Positions 13,263-27,642 of a stretch of 64,000 bases of DNA are shown here, piece after piece; the stretch's first letter is position 1, and each line of letters starts with the position of its first letter. This DNA is from Ruditapes philippinarum (taxonomy: Eukaryota). The notes under the pieces are model-generated. The model was given only the letters and a program-made list of their open reading frames with translations, was not told where the DNA came from and made no database searches. The DNA is taken from the NCBI RefSeq assembly GCF_026571515.1, contig NW_026859492.1, positions 1-64,000 on the forward strand. The letters are read 5' to 3'. A program made the position numbers and the translations under genes.

Positions 13263-15304
13263 AATGAAAATAATACTATCATTTTAATCACTCTGTCTGG
13301 GCCAAGACCATGTTTCTTCATATGACACCAGTCAGGAAGCGGACAGGTACTGATTCACATTAGTTGCAAGAGCTTGTTTTGCAATTGAGCTTGAGTAAAT
13401 ATGTTTAAACCAAAGTGCATTTTAATTCAAATTACTATTCATTTTTGTAATTACTTTTAAAATGTTAGATATTGTTTTCCATGATTAATTAGTCTGCGTC
13501 TGTTAACTTAAGCTGTTTGTTTGCTTCCTGGTATTTTTCATTTAACGGCGTCGTGCAACTTAAATATATCAGTTGCCGTATCTCCTGATAGTAGATGTAA
13601 ACACAATTGTTATTTATGATATTTCGAAACTTTAATTTGTCTGCTACATAATGCTTTTGTCTGACATTTTTGCATAAACATATCGTTTGAGGATGAGATA
13701 AAAGTACTTTTGAGATTTTGTATAGAATATAGATTGCTATACTTTATGCATGCTACATCAAACAATGTTACATGATAATATATGTTATTTAAAACAAAAA
13801 CAAGGAAACAGTACTGTGACAAAACATTTTGCTGTTAATTACTTTTAACAACATATACAGAATGTTTTATAGGGACCATTGTATGACTTCAGGGATTCTG
13901 TTTTTCACTATTTCAGAGTAAAAATGACATTAAGCTTATTTTTCATTATCAAGTTAAGCTGAATTGACTTTATATTTTATATGATTGGCTTCTTTTATGG
14001 TTGATCAACAGGTGATATTGAATAACACAAATCTGCCTAAAATATAAAAAGACTGTTCCACTCTTTTTTTATTAACTGAACGCCAAATGTAAATTCCGAT
14101 TGATATAAATACAAATTTCCTTGAGACACATGAGTTTTTTTAACATTTATGTAATGTTAATTACAGAAGTGAAGGGGAGTAATGAAAAAGTTTGCCTTTA
14201 ATTTGTTCAACCACTATATACTCTTGGATGGGTAAAATATCACCTGAAGAATTAACGACTACAGAGTCGTCAATTAACGTTTCGCTTCATACTGGAATGT
14301 ATATAGTATATACATGGCAGCTGTTTTAAGGAGGTGTAAATACAATAGTTATAAGTAACATTCTTTTCATCATTCAAACTTTTTATTCGTTTGATTCAGT
14401 ATACTGTTTTTGTTTTTACTTTCTGGTAGAACAATAATTTTTTCTAGTATTGACTAGTTTCTGTCTGTTATGCAAACATATTCTCGGGTGTTCTATCTAA
14501 TAATTTCAAACTTTTGAAAAAAGAACATTGGTGATAGAAATCTTTGGTTTTACTTTTCTGGTTTTATTGTAGTATTAAAAATATTTGTAAAAAATAATGT
14601 TCATTCAATTTAAAATGTCTGACTTTAACAGCAGCTTGTTGTTTACAAATTTATTTTTCTGTCTTGGCCAGTTTTATTGAAATAGAGATCGATACAGTAT
14701 TATTGATTCTTCAGTAAAAGGCATAGTATGAAAATGAAAACACGTGCGATATGTGGTCTAAACTACTCTCTCTGAAGACCGAATTCTTTAATACTGATTT
14801 ATAAATTAATGGCTTCTTGGCTTTTCATATTATGTACTCATTATACACATAGTGAAATATTTGACACCTCTGCTGTTATTTGAATTTTTACTGACAAACA
14901 TCCAAGTAGAAATCTCGAAAAATCAACTTGAATTTATTAAATAGCGTTTAAGTGAAGTGACTCACACAATGCTTCGAGAAAAGAGATCCAAGAGTTATTG
15001 GTTAGTCAAAACAGGTTTCAGACAGGTGAGCAAGGATGTATAGTCCAGTGTTCATGATAAATGCTAATTCATACCTGAAGGGATTCTCTTACAAAATAAT
15101 AACTTTATTAGATACATCTTATTTCAATGTATGATGACATTTTATATAATAACGTAAAAGTCAAGTCGAAGCTAACTTTGTACTAAACTTATCCTTTGGG
15201 AGCAACAATTATTTAGAAAGTCAAAGTTTTAAAATCTTACGTGAACCGCGTTACTGTCTTCAAGATATATCTAGTAGTTTTAAGACGCAAACATATCTCT
15301 TCAC

Positions 15305-15461
15305 ANNNNNNNNNNNNNNNNNNNNNNNNNNNNNNNNNNNNNNNNNNNNNNNNNNNNNNNNNNNNNNNNNNNNNNNNNNNNNNNNNNNNNNNNNNNNNNN
15401 NNNNNNNNNNNNNNNNNNNNNNNNNNNNNNNNNNNNNNNNNNNNNNNNNNNNNNNNNNNNN
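15305..15461. other. Assembly gap
   Basis: Run of N. Confidence 1.
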
Positions 15462-17132
15462 GAGGATAATGACCTGCTCATAAGGACTGTTCCTTTAATG
15501 TTTTCAAATGTCTACACAACTACTCTGAAGTGTCGGACATTGTACTAGTATAGATATTTAATGCACTGTATTAATTAAAAAGACAAACACTTAAGAGAAT
15601 AATATTGAGAGGCAACAATTCAGGTGATGTTCATAACACACTAATCGGCTTGCTTTGTTTGAATGCATTGAATAACGTTCAAGTGGGAAGACACACGCAA
15701 TGCTGTCGTATTAGAAATACCAAGCCTTATACAGCGCTCCAATATAGGTTCAAGACAGGAAATAAGATCTAAACGATCTTTGCATAATGTAAAAATCAAT
15801 GCATAGCGATAGGATTAACATCACCATCTTTAACCTATCTAATTAAATCATACAGTGTCAAATAATATTACATTTTTTTCAAAAGTCTGCAAATTGAAGT
15901 GAATATCATGTCTATATAATCAACCAAACTATTATCCAATTAAGCATCTAAGAAGTAGCAGCAAAATTAATCTAATTGTATAAGCAACTAATTCACTTTT
16001 ATTAAAAATGTACTTTTGACATTATGAATAATTTAATTTGTCTGGAATGAAGAAACTTTGTAATTATATATTTTTTGCGCATCAGATTTCAGAATCAATT
16101 TCAGACGAGATAGTAAGTTAAAATATGTCTTAATACTATCATAATAGTGTGTCCTTTTTGTGTTGTTTTTTTTTTTCAAAAGGAAGAGGGATGGAAAAGA
16201 AATATCTGCATAGCGTTTCTTATTTCCTAAGCTAAATTTGAACTGTCACTGCTACGATGGAAACCAAACTTAACACGATACAAAACGATCGATCAACTTC
16301 CCACACATATGACTGATGTCAATGTGTCTTGCCTGCCGTTTCCCTGTCTGCTCGTGGTCATGCATTATTGTTATCATTATAATTTATTTCTAAGGACAAA
16401 ATGCAAGAAGGTCGATCATAAGACATGTAAAGAAGATAAAAAATGCAGTCAATGCAGAGAATATATTAAATAAATGGACTAAAGTGTATTAATTTTCAAG
16501 AAAGTCCTAGCGACAATTCTCACAAATCGACTGTAAGCATTGAAAATATACCAGTTAGAGGTATCTACTTCGACAATTGCGAATAGTTATGTCCCCACCA
16601 GACCATATAAGAATACAGAAGAGAACGCTATACTTTTACAGAACTATACTCGACATTCCTCATATCATTTCTATTTTTTATACTTTCACAACAATCTTTT
16701 TAAGCTCATAACAGTCTTCGCTCCTGTATATTCTATTTAATAATTGTTTTAATATTATAAATAAACTGATGTTTATGATATCCGATAACTTTAAATGTAT
16801 GGTTTTGCACATCTAAATCTACGGTGCCTTTGTGTGTGATTTTATTGATCTGCGTGTGGCTAAAAAGCAATACAAATTATTGCATATCAATTTGTTGCTG
16901 TTAGCAAATGTTACTTCAAAGTATATATCGGAATATTATACTTTCGATAATTGAATTAGTTCTAATATGTTTTTATTAATGGGTCATATACAGCAAATAA
17001 TTGTCTTTAAATTACACAGCATTTCCCTGGACATCTGTTTTTAGAGTAGATACACAGACGTACTGTTATTTGTTATTTTTTATTGTTACATGTATTGTCC
17101 TATACTTGTCAAGTAAGATTGGAAATAAACAT

Positions 17133-17335
17133 NNNNNNNNNNNNNNNNNNNNNNNNNNNNNNNNNNNNNNNNNNNNNNNNNNNNNNNNNNNNNNNNNNNN
17201 NNNNNNNNNNNNNNNNNNNNNNNNNNNNNNNNNNNNNNNNNNNNNNNNNNNNNNNNNNNNNNNNNNNNNNNNNNNNNNNNNNNNNNNNNNNNNNNNNNNN
17301 NNNNNNNNNNNNNNNNNNNNNNNNNNNNNNNNNNN
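17133..17335. other. Assembly gap
   Basis: Run of N. Confidence 1.
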
Positions 17336-20300
17336 ATTGTCTGAAATCATTACCTTTTAAAAGGACAATTGGGCGAATTGTTCATTGAGGCGGTATACAT
17401 GTACACTAACGATCAGTAAAGCTATAATATTAAAATGAACACAAAAAATGTCTGATATGTGGCCAGCCGACACCGCTGTCTTTTAATACCTATGCCTTAA
17501 TTAATAACTGGTTTGTTATAAGAAAGCATTACACATAACGTGTTTTAATTAACGCTTAGTGAAGTAATGTCGTTAGCGGAATCATGACTATACTCTCGTG
17601 AGACCACCTAGAATGTAAGTGAGTTTACTCACGCACTGTTGTCATAATAGAAAACAAGACTTATTGGTTACGCAATAAAGGTTTAAGTCTGGAAGCAAGA
17701 TTGTATAGACCTTTCATTTTGAAATTGTTCCATTTTCCCTAAGGGATGCTCTTACAAGATAATAACGTTTGTTAAGACATCTAACTTTGATGTATAATGG
17801 CATTTTACATAATATAATTTACGGTGAAATCATTTAGGACGGAAAGGTAAATAAACTTCATTTTTATCTTTAAAAGATGTTAAGCAGCATGTGCATACTT
17901 CAATAATGGTCGAAATTTAGTACTTCAAACATTATGCAAATGTACTTTCAATTAAATTGAATTAAGTGCCTTTTCAAAGATTCATCATGGAGTAGTTTAG
18001 CAACTAAATATAACAAATTTACATACCGGTTGAATCTTTCTTTACTTGCCATTTTCAAAATCATAGTTTATAAGACATAATTTAGAGTATAAAAGCTCTT
18101 CTTCTAACTTCTTAAGAAAAATAGTATTTGAGTTTTAAGTGGTTAACAAGACTCTACCATGAAATATAAATACAAAAATAAACAAGGAAGTGCGATAGTT
18201 AAGTACATGTACAATAACAAAGAAAGAAGAAAATCAGACATATGCGATGGAAGCAACATATTTTAATTGTTGATAAATTTATGAACAATACTTCTATAAT
18301 CCCTTTGATTTTTTAATAAATCCTCATAGTATTAGTACATCTTTATGGAACGCTACCCAAAGGCATCAAACGTCGAATTTGAAAATGTTACAAATATCTA
18401 CTGAAACACATAAAACGGAAAAAAATCTGTTAAAGATAACAAATAAATATACTACTCTGACATTCGATTTCTGTGCGATTTTAAGTGAGATGTGAGTAAA
18501 AAGCGTTGCAATGCCTTTCTTTTTTATTTGCTTTGTCATGTTCAATTTATGGGGCGATTGATATGCAACATGGAAGGGGACTTAATCAACTTGCCGCGTA
18601 ATTCAAATTATGTGTATTCCTTTTACTTATTTGGGTTTTAATCGAATATTCTTTTCATTTCGCTCGAATATTCTTTTCATTTTACAAAAATCGAAGAAAA
18701 TATTGTTAAGCTTCCTATCGCTCTAGAGAATTGTTCGGAATCTTGATCATTATTTATGTGTTCCGTCTATTTTGCTATCGTCGAAAAACTATATTGGTGT
18801 CTGTATAGAAAGAAACACGACGTTTCAAATTCAAGTTTCATGAGGGTAGAATCAATGTTTTAAATTTCATCAAATAAAACATACGATATGGAGCAATGTC
18901 TTACGAGATAAAGGCGAACAATAAGCGGAGTATAACGACGACTAAGACAACGATGACGACGCAAAGATTAATCGTCAATTTTATCATCATCATTTTCACC
19001 ACAAGAAATACCATTATAATAATTATCATCATCGCAATAGAAAATAATATTGTCTTAAAGCTGATAAAGGTTAACATAACTTTTACCTCGATCACCTTAA
19101 AAGAATGCTACGATTGTCGATACAATTTATCGTATTGCACGGGAATAGCATTGAAAGACAAACCAATTTAGTTTGTTTTATATGTATTGCCTGAACTACT
19201 GTCTCTCTTGAATATCTAGTCTAATCTATAATGCCCGTGTTTGTTAATGAAAAGCATAACATAGTACACAGTCTGACATTTAAGAGTAGTTGTGTAGGTT
19301 TTGGAAACACGACTAAAAATAAGAAAAGAATTAGTCTTGCGATATCACATTGAATGCATTTTATTACGTTCAAGTAAGCAGATATACGAAGATACACGCA
19401 ATGATGTCGCAAGTGAAACACCCAGACTAATTTCTTACGGAATAGATTCAAACGGAAAATACATCTTTCAATAAAATGGTAAAATCAATGCATTAGGATT
19501 GGTTATAGACGATCATTTTATACAAACGTGTCTAATTTACTGTAACAGTGCCAATACGTTAATTCACTTTTACATATTACATTTTATCTGAAGAAATAAT
19601 AACATGAGTGCGTACTAAATTAATTAATTGTCAATTGAGCATTACTTCGCTATGTCAGCGACACTACTTTAATTGTAAACGATCTTTAGTCACATTTTAA
19701 GCAGGTTTACAAATCAAGCAATGTAAATAAATTAACCGGAAGCTTTTATATTTGTACATATATATCTAATAATCATTTCCAGGCGGACTTCTATGTGACA
19801 ATGTCAAAATGTTTTTTGTATCTTTCCAAACAATAAAGGAGTGGGTGAAATAATAATAATAATAATAATAATAATCAATAATAATTGATCAGCTCCCCAC
19901 ACATATAACAAAAATCAATGCGTCTTTAATTTTCAGTTGGCACGTCCGAATGCATTACGATAAATGCATTTTAAGTCTTTTGTCAAAACGCAAGCAATTT
20001 GATCATAAATTGCAAAAAGAAGATAAACACACGCAATCAAGAAGTAAAATATCTAATATATATACAGAAAATTGAATTCATTATAAAAGCGTTAGCGAAG
20101 ATTATAAAATTGATTGCTAGTACAGCTGATTCTTCGGCTTGATCAACCTAGTGTCTTTGAAAGTATTATTGAGAAGAGGACGGTGAACATATAGATGTCC
20201 ATTGTGTTGATAATTATTGTTTTGAAAGGCGATGAGGAAGTTGATATGATCTCATTATAGATGATGATAATAATAATAAAGTGTATAGTAATAAAGGTGA

Positions 20301-23209
20301 TTCTTGTTGCGGCAAGCAATACCTCATCGACAATAATGGTGATGATCTCTTTGTTAATGGTGATGATTGCCAAATAAATGCTAATAATACCATTGTTACA
20401 AAACGATAAAAAATGTTTCTTTATTTGTAATAGCATAATACTTTGTTCTCTACATATGCAATATGATTAAATTTTAACATGATGTTCTTAATTTCTTAAG
20501 CATAACGACATCTGTATGCGAGACTCTACTTTTCAAACTAACCAATCGTGTCAAGTGAAAAGTTATGGTTTTAATCGCAGGGTAAAAAAACAAATCATAA
20601 GGCACGAATATTTACCTTTCGTTCAAAGTGCTCGAATAAGAAAATCTTATACAATAGATGCTGCCCTTTTGTTCTTTGATTCAGTACAGACAAGGAAATA
20701 CTGTGATTAATTGAAGACAATACCCTGGTGATTTACGGTACGCAGTATAAATACCAATAATATATACACTGTAAAACAGAAAGCTCTACATACGAGACAG
20801 CATTTAGATTTTTACATTGTAAGTATGCTAGATATGTCATGGGGATTACGAGAAACCTAACAGTCAGCGTGAAAAATGTAGACATATAAATTACGGAACA
20901 TCGTATTGGGCTCTTTGGAAGCATGATTAAAAGATAGTTTTCTAATTATAAAAACATAAAAAAAAATTTGAAGGAAGTAATGGGTACCGATTAAAATCAA
21001 TGCTTGAACGCTGTAAATGTTATCCGCGGTAATGCTTGCACCATCCTATTAGTAACAGACTGGCTTGGCATACATAGTGCTTATACTTAATTAACTTATG
21101 AAGTGTGTGCAAATTAATTCAAGATAAAAAATGTTGCCGTTTTCAAATCCGAAGGTTGATAAGTCTTATAATTATACAGATTTCGTATCTTGTTATAAAA
21201 GTAAGATCCACATGATATGTATTTCAAGACTTTGTCGTAAATGTCGTTATGTTTCCTAAGTTGTTGGTGAACTTAAACACTTTCAAAACTACATTATAAT
21301 TCAAGAACATGTTTGAATCACATACAGTACTGCTGGTCATATAAACGGTTTAACACTACAGAAAATAGTTTAAAGGAGAGATATACATTAAATGCTGTTC
21401 ATGTACGTGTTATATTTATTTTTTTTTCTTTCTTTTTTTAAACAATTAAGCGTTATTGGCTATGAAACTATAAAATACTATGTATAATCAAAATAGTCTG
21501 AAAACTTACACGTCCTTTGTGAAACAATTCAGACGTTTGAAAGATAACATGTTTTACAGACTGCTTATTTTCTCATTTTATATTGAAATACCTAGGTATT
21601 TCCAAACATTGGAAGTAAATTTTGCTGGTGGAATTTTATATCGTTGCAACCCATTTTCAACCTTGAAACCTAGTTTATATATGCATATATGTTTAATGTT
21701 TAGTATTGTTTAAAAAAGCATGTTTTCAGAACTATTGTTCATGTTTTATGGGTGACTTAATTACAAAAGATGCGTTATTCAATTTGTGTATCTCCTTATA
21801 ACAGTTTTATAAATCAATATCAATGTTTCATTTCTAATAAGGTGATATTTGACTTTTTTGCAATTATTGTTCTATTGAAGATGTCATCGCTTTTAGGCTT
21901 TTTCCATTGTTTTGTTATTTTTGGCATAAATGAATTACAGTTAATCGTAAACTTTCATTAACTTACATCTTTCTATATGTCTGTCTTATTTCCTTTGCTA
22001 AATTAATAATGGCTTTCATATAGCTTAAGAATGCATGACACGATAGAACTACATCGATTGACTTCCCACACGCATGACAAATATCAAGTTATCTTTATTG
22101 TTCACTTTGTCGGCTCGTGTTTATTCATTATGGTACTATTTCTTCAGGGTCATTTTATGTTTTATTTTATCAGATTATATTGCGTTATGCATCAATAAAA
22201 TGCAAAAGTAAGTCAATAATATGGTAGGGGTGTGGGTGCGAGGAAGGTGTGCATTTAAAGGAATACGAGCAATCATCATTTAAGAAAACTGAAGACATTT
22301 TCTTGGCGTCGAGGTCAATATATCGTTAGACCGGAAAAGTGTAGCGAAATTGTTTTATTAACAGGGTTTGATTATGTATGGTAAAAATACTTGTATGGAG
22401 TATATTTCATTTATGTGAATAAATAAAGAGCACTTTTCTGACATCTCTTTTATAAATTATATACATGTATGTACATGGACGAAAACAGAGATATAAGTTA
22501 TATACGAATATATTTGATACTGGTGTTGTTGTTATTGTCGTCTGTATGTCTACCTTTTATCTCTTTTGTTGTAAGGTATGGGTTCAATATTAGATTGAAC
22601 TATTTGCCGCCTGCTAGACTTTATCATCCTTTTGGCAAAAAGCAAAACACCTTAAAGACAGTTTTGTTAATTAATATATAGTAAATAAAGGAATAATTGA
22701 CGGCTACTTAAAGGTTCTCCGTTTTGTAGCAGTCAACCGATAAGTATTATTGTTTCAGTAAAAGTCAATCAATTTTGGATTAAGAATTTAGTCTCGTGTT
22801 CGCTTTTATCTCCTAAGACATTGTTCCCGTGCGTATGTTTTATCTTAAGTAATTTGTAACATTGATTGCAATCTCTTCTGCGTCATATATTTTTCTTTAC
22901 TGACACCAATATTGTTTTGTACGACAAAAGAAAATTAAGCCGAGCACATCAATAATGATCAAGATAGAAAACAATTCTGAAAAACGATGGAAATTTTAGG
23001 CAATTTTCGAAAACTGTTTTATGATTTTTTTTTAATTCAAAGAATTCAACGAAACCTGATATAAGAATAAAACATTTAATATTCTCCTTATTCACTATGT
23101 TGAAATGAAGACTTTTAAACTCAAAGGTGCATTTATTCTTCCATTTTTATTTCCATCTTTAAAGTTATCGTATCATATATATATATATATATATATAACC
23201 GGCATTTGT

Positions 23210-25290
23210 TTCTTTATTTAAATTTGATTTATTTACAAACTGTCTTAGTGAATTCTTGCTTCTCGCCTAGCACGAGAAAATAGAGAAAAACAGGATCCCT
23301 AAAGAAAGCCCAACTTCAAAGTCTCGCAGGCTGCAAATATTTCTGACTAATACTGAAGCCATAACTTACCACAAATAAACACCAAGGTAGACATACATAC
23401 AACAATTATAACATCAGCTATAGCAGGTATATTCACATAAGTCTCTTTTAACGTCCATGTATATATACGAGGGTGATTCAGATTAGAAGAAAAATAAATC
23501 AAATAATCAATCAAAAATTAACAGGAAGAAAGAAAAATAAATACATCGCAAAGCTAAAGCGTCTTCGTCTTTAATTTAAAGCAATATCAGTAAACACTTA
23601 AATAGCATACTAGCTATTATAAAAGATATTGAAAAAATAACATAATAATAAAATAACGTTCCCGAGTTATCATTATACTATAAGAAATAAATATATCAAA
23701 CGTTTTCATTTTGTCAACCCATCTGTTTTTTGTTTTGTTTTTTATTTCATGATTTGCTAACTTCTTATAATAAATACGATTTTGTTAAATTGTGCAAATA
23801 TATCCAAGAGGCATTTGTTATTCAAAATTAGTTTATAAATAATATGACCTGATGCTGAAGTACTTATTACCTTACTGCCTTTGTTATACATGCATTATTA
23901 TATGTAAATATGTAAGAATGGATATGAATGGATATGATTACCCTTTTGTAATATGTTCTAGATATGTGACATGTTCATCATTGATGTTTATGTATTAAGA
24001 TGATATACTTATGAAAAAGTCGAATAAATTGTCTGTTCTGTTCTTAATATTGCATACACCAAGCGATGTTATTTTCTGTCAAAAGAAATAAAATGACCCG
24101 GAAGAAATATTACCATAAATAACAAATGAAGTATAAACACGAGCCGACAGAGTAAAATAAAATGCATTGATAGTTGACATGTGTGAAGGAAGTTAATCAA
24201 TGTAGTTTTATCGTGACATGCATCTTCGTCAACTATGAGTAAGCACGACATTTCTAATTCAGTAAAGATAATAAGAAAAAAAAGAGAAAGGGGTCTATGC
24301 AATTTTATTATTAAATTTAAATTCATTTATGGCAAAAAGTATGAAACAATACAAAAAGGCCTAAAGGCGAGTTTATTTTCGTTAAAATGAAAATGCAAAA
24401 ATGTCAAACATAACCTTATAAGAAATTGACTATTTATTATCATTACAGAAAATGTAATAGGGTGTTTATTATTGTCACTAATCACGAAAATTATTATTGT
24501 AACTAATCACGAGAATAAACCTCCACAATACTGTTCTAATTTATTCAAACCAGATTAACCAAATCGTAAAACGTTCTCATCTAAAACTGTCCAGTATATA
24601 GAGCCTTACATAGAATTAGATGAGTTTAGCGAATATATGTTAATTAACATGTTACATGTACAGCCTTTAATTAATTAATCAATAGTCACAGAACAAGCAT
24701 ATTTGAAGATGCACTGAACTATTTTTAACATTAAATACACTAACTATAATAGAATGAATAGAATGACATCAATATTTTACACTACAAACGTTTCATCGTC
24801 AGATTTTTACATTCTTGGTATGTTCTCCCAACATTATATATTTGGCTGTTGCTGGGAGTTGTTCTTTAAAGAGGTTGAATCAAATGTGCAGTCTTACTTC
24901 GGGAATATATGAAACTGTTGCTATAAAACGGAAGCTGCTTGATGGATGGCCGCCCGACAGAGGTTGTACTGTTAAGTTACCTCAATAAATAAAAAAAACA
25001 CCTCCTCATGACCTTGTTTTTTATATATCTATTTCTATTTTGAACTATATTGTTGCGTAACTAATAAGTCCATGATTGCATGAAGAAACTCACTTGAACG
25101 TAATTTAATTTATTTAATGTGATCTCTCGAGACTTGTTCCCTTTTTGTATTTTTAGCCGAGTGTCTAATAACGACATAACTTTTAAAGTGTAAAACAGTG
25201 AAAACTTATATACACGTGTTATATGTTCGATATAGGACAAGTATGTCTATGACAATTATTTCACATATTTCATAAGTTGAAGAAATTGTT
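23210..25290 (-). repeat. Inverted copy of the A-B-C part of the local repeat unit
   Basis: Reverse complement of 23225-23450 matches 10200-10362 (GCGAGAAGCAA..TAAGACAGTTT); 24062-24278 matches 33646-33853; 25040-25140 matches 8727-8840 (GAACAAGTCTCGAGAGATCACATTAAAT). Confidence 0.9.
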
Positions 25291-26669
25291 CCAATATGTG
25301 TTGTTATACCAAATAAAAGCAACGAACTTTCGTCCTAAAATGGTTCTCACGATATCTAACGATCTTATCAATATCAAGTTTAAACTATACTCTTAGATAT
25401 ATAAGGATATCCATTTTAAAAACCCATATATCATATTTTTTTTTTAAAAGTACATCAAATGCTCCTTTTCATTACCACGAATCTGCTCTCTTTATTTAAT
25501 ATAGTACAAACAAAACTATGATGTGTTAGTCTGCGTCCGTTACCTTATTAAACTGTTTGTCATTTATTCTTTACCGCATGTCTATTTTCTATATATACGT
25601 TATGAAACAAATAACAGTCGCAGGTGTCGTTTTTCGTGTTTTCAGATAGTTTTAGCATTTCCTTACCGCTATTGAAGTTAAAATAGACATACAATGTTTC
25701 AAATTTCAGTATAACTGATACAAATAACCCAAAATAATTGTTGTTCTTGTGGTTGAAGTTTCCGCAGCTGAACATAACAATGGTTAGCTGAAGTAATACA
25801 AATGTCAGAAACAAATTAAAATTTATCATTTGGTCTGAGAATAAGTACATGTAAGTAGAGTGAGCAGATGCGAGGTTAAAGAAATAAGCCTTTAATGTGC
25901 ACTTTCAAAAACATATAATATGCGATGTTTACCATGGATACGTTTATCATTTATTTCAGAACATCGTAATATATCTTAGCGTATAATTTAATCTTAACAA
26001 AGTTAAGATCTTTTATTAGATAAATTGAGAACTATTTTGAGACGAAGGTTCCTTACTTTTATTGGTTGTAATTTCCAAAATTGGAACAGTTTCTTTAATG
26101 TTATAGGAAATAGTTATTATTGGCATATGTGGCCTAACCGGACAGATATATCCTTTCATTTAAGCAATTAGCGTCGAAGGAGAGTTACTCCCCTTACCGG
26201 ATATGACGTAAATGAAGACTATTCTGAACAGACCATATTGGGTGCTAGCGAATCGAAAGTGAAATTCGTAAATAGTGAGTGTTCAATTATGCATATAAAA
26301 TACAAATTGACAAATGCATGCATAACTTTCATATCAAGACACTAAACAAAACAACGAATATTTCAGATTAATTCTTTCTGGCGGTGGGGGTTACCAGTAA
26401 TAAATATATTTAAATCAGCGAAATTTCAAAGTGAATATTTTACGATGTTTTATTATGCCAGCGCAAAAGCTAGTAACTAAATCAAATGTGTATGTTTTAT
26501 ATAAAATACTCCTACACAAACTGAACAGTAGCCGAAGGGTCTGTGGTAAAGAGTAATTGATTCTTTTTCGCTATGCCATATGAAGATCTTACAAAGAACC
26601 AGATATCATATATTAACATTTCTGAATCATGTGGCAATGTCTTTTAAGATAATTTTGATATTACACATA

Positions 26670-27351
26670 TAGAGGATATCGAATGAGTGTAAGTTTAATA
26701 CTGAATTTATTGGACGAGTAGAATTAAATTATATTATACGAGCCTCTGGCGAGCATAATATCATTTTATTCAACAAGTTCAATAAAGACAGTAATGAACT
26801 TATACGAGTTTAATATTATATTTATCATATACAAAAAATAAAGACCTTTCGAAGTGAAAAAAAAACTTGCTTGATGCGTCTATAGTGTAACGCTCACTTT
26901 TACGCGTCATAACGCTATGTTTATATAACGGGAATGATGTCACGTCATAATATATGCACGGCCGTGCAATGCCATATTTACGGAGTCACAAAAACGGCAC
27001 GGTTATGTGATAAATAGAGGGTATTGAATGAGAGTAAGTTTAATACTGAATTTATTGAACAAGTTGAATAATATTAAGTTATGCGACCCTTTGGCAAGAA
27101 TACTATTACTTAATTCAACGAGTTCAATAAATTTAGTATTTATCTTACTCAAATTTGATATTATATTTATCACATACCAAAGATAAAGACCATTTGAAGT
27201 GATAACATTTCTCATTGACGCGCCTATAGTATAAAACTTCAATTTAGCGCGTATTAACGCTATTTTTATATAACGCAAATGACGTCAAGTCAAAACATAT
27301 GCACGGCCGTGCAATACTACATTTACGGAGTCGAAAAGCGGCACGGGTGTG
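26670..27351 (+). mobile_element. Hairpin-headed non-autonomous element, family 1, two head-to-tail copies (~345 bp each)
   Basis: Each copy starts TAGAGG, has a ~155-bp imperfect palindrome (centre CGAGCCTCTGGCGAG) and a tail ending GGCACGG..TGTG(ATAAA); junction at 27010-27015. Confidence 0.85.
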
Positions 27352-27642
27352 TATTAAGAGATTAATACACGGCAGAGTAGGGCCGGAAGGTGATAATCGG
27401 CCCGCAAAATAAATAATGGCCCCGAGGGCTTCAGCCCGAGGGCATTATTCATTTCAGAGCCGATTATCACCTTCCGGCCCTACTCTGTCGTGTATTGATG
27501 TCTTTAATACAACTACAACTACAACTACAAATATTTTATTGCATTAAAACAACATGTTCAATAGCAATACAATTTTTTTATACAAAGACATGGTTTACAG
27601 AAGAGCACAATAATATAATATATGTATCTGCATTAAAGATGA

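Larger units (their letters stand above)
11836..22740 (+). repeat. Segmental tandem duplication, copy 2 (non-coding)
   Basis: Shared strings with copy 1, e.g. TTCGAAACTTTAATTTGTCTGCTACATAATGCTTTTGTCTG (2242, 13623) and TTGTTAAGCTTCCTATCGCTCTAGAGAATT (5739, 18703). Confidence 0.9.

Noticed and set aside
13004-13325. Poly-Met and poly-Ile ORFs (also 5874-6113, 7230-7445, 18896-19171, 20143-20436)
   Set aside because: Translations of (ATC)n, (ATT)n or degenerate triplet repeats; frame is not kept between paralogues.
24069-24326. Module B as a small membrane-protein gene (..MVIFLPGHFISFDRK)
   Set aside because: Other copies have stops and frameshifts in the frames I checked; no recognisable domain.
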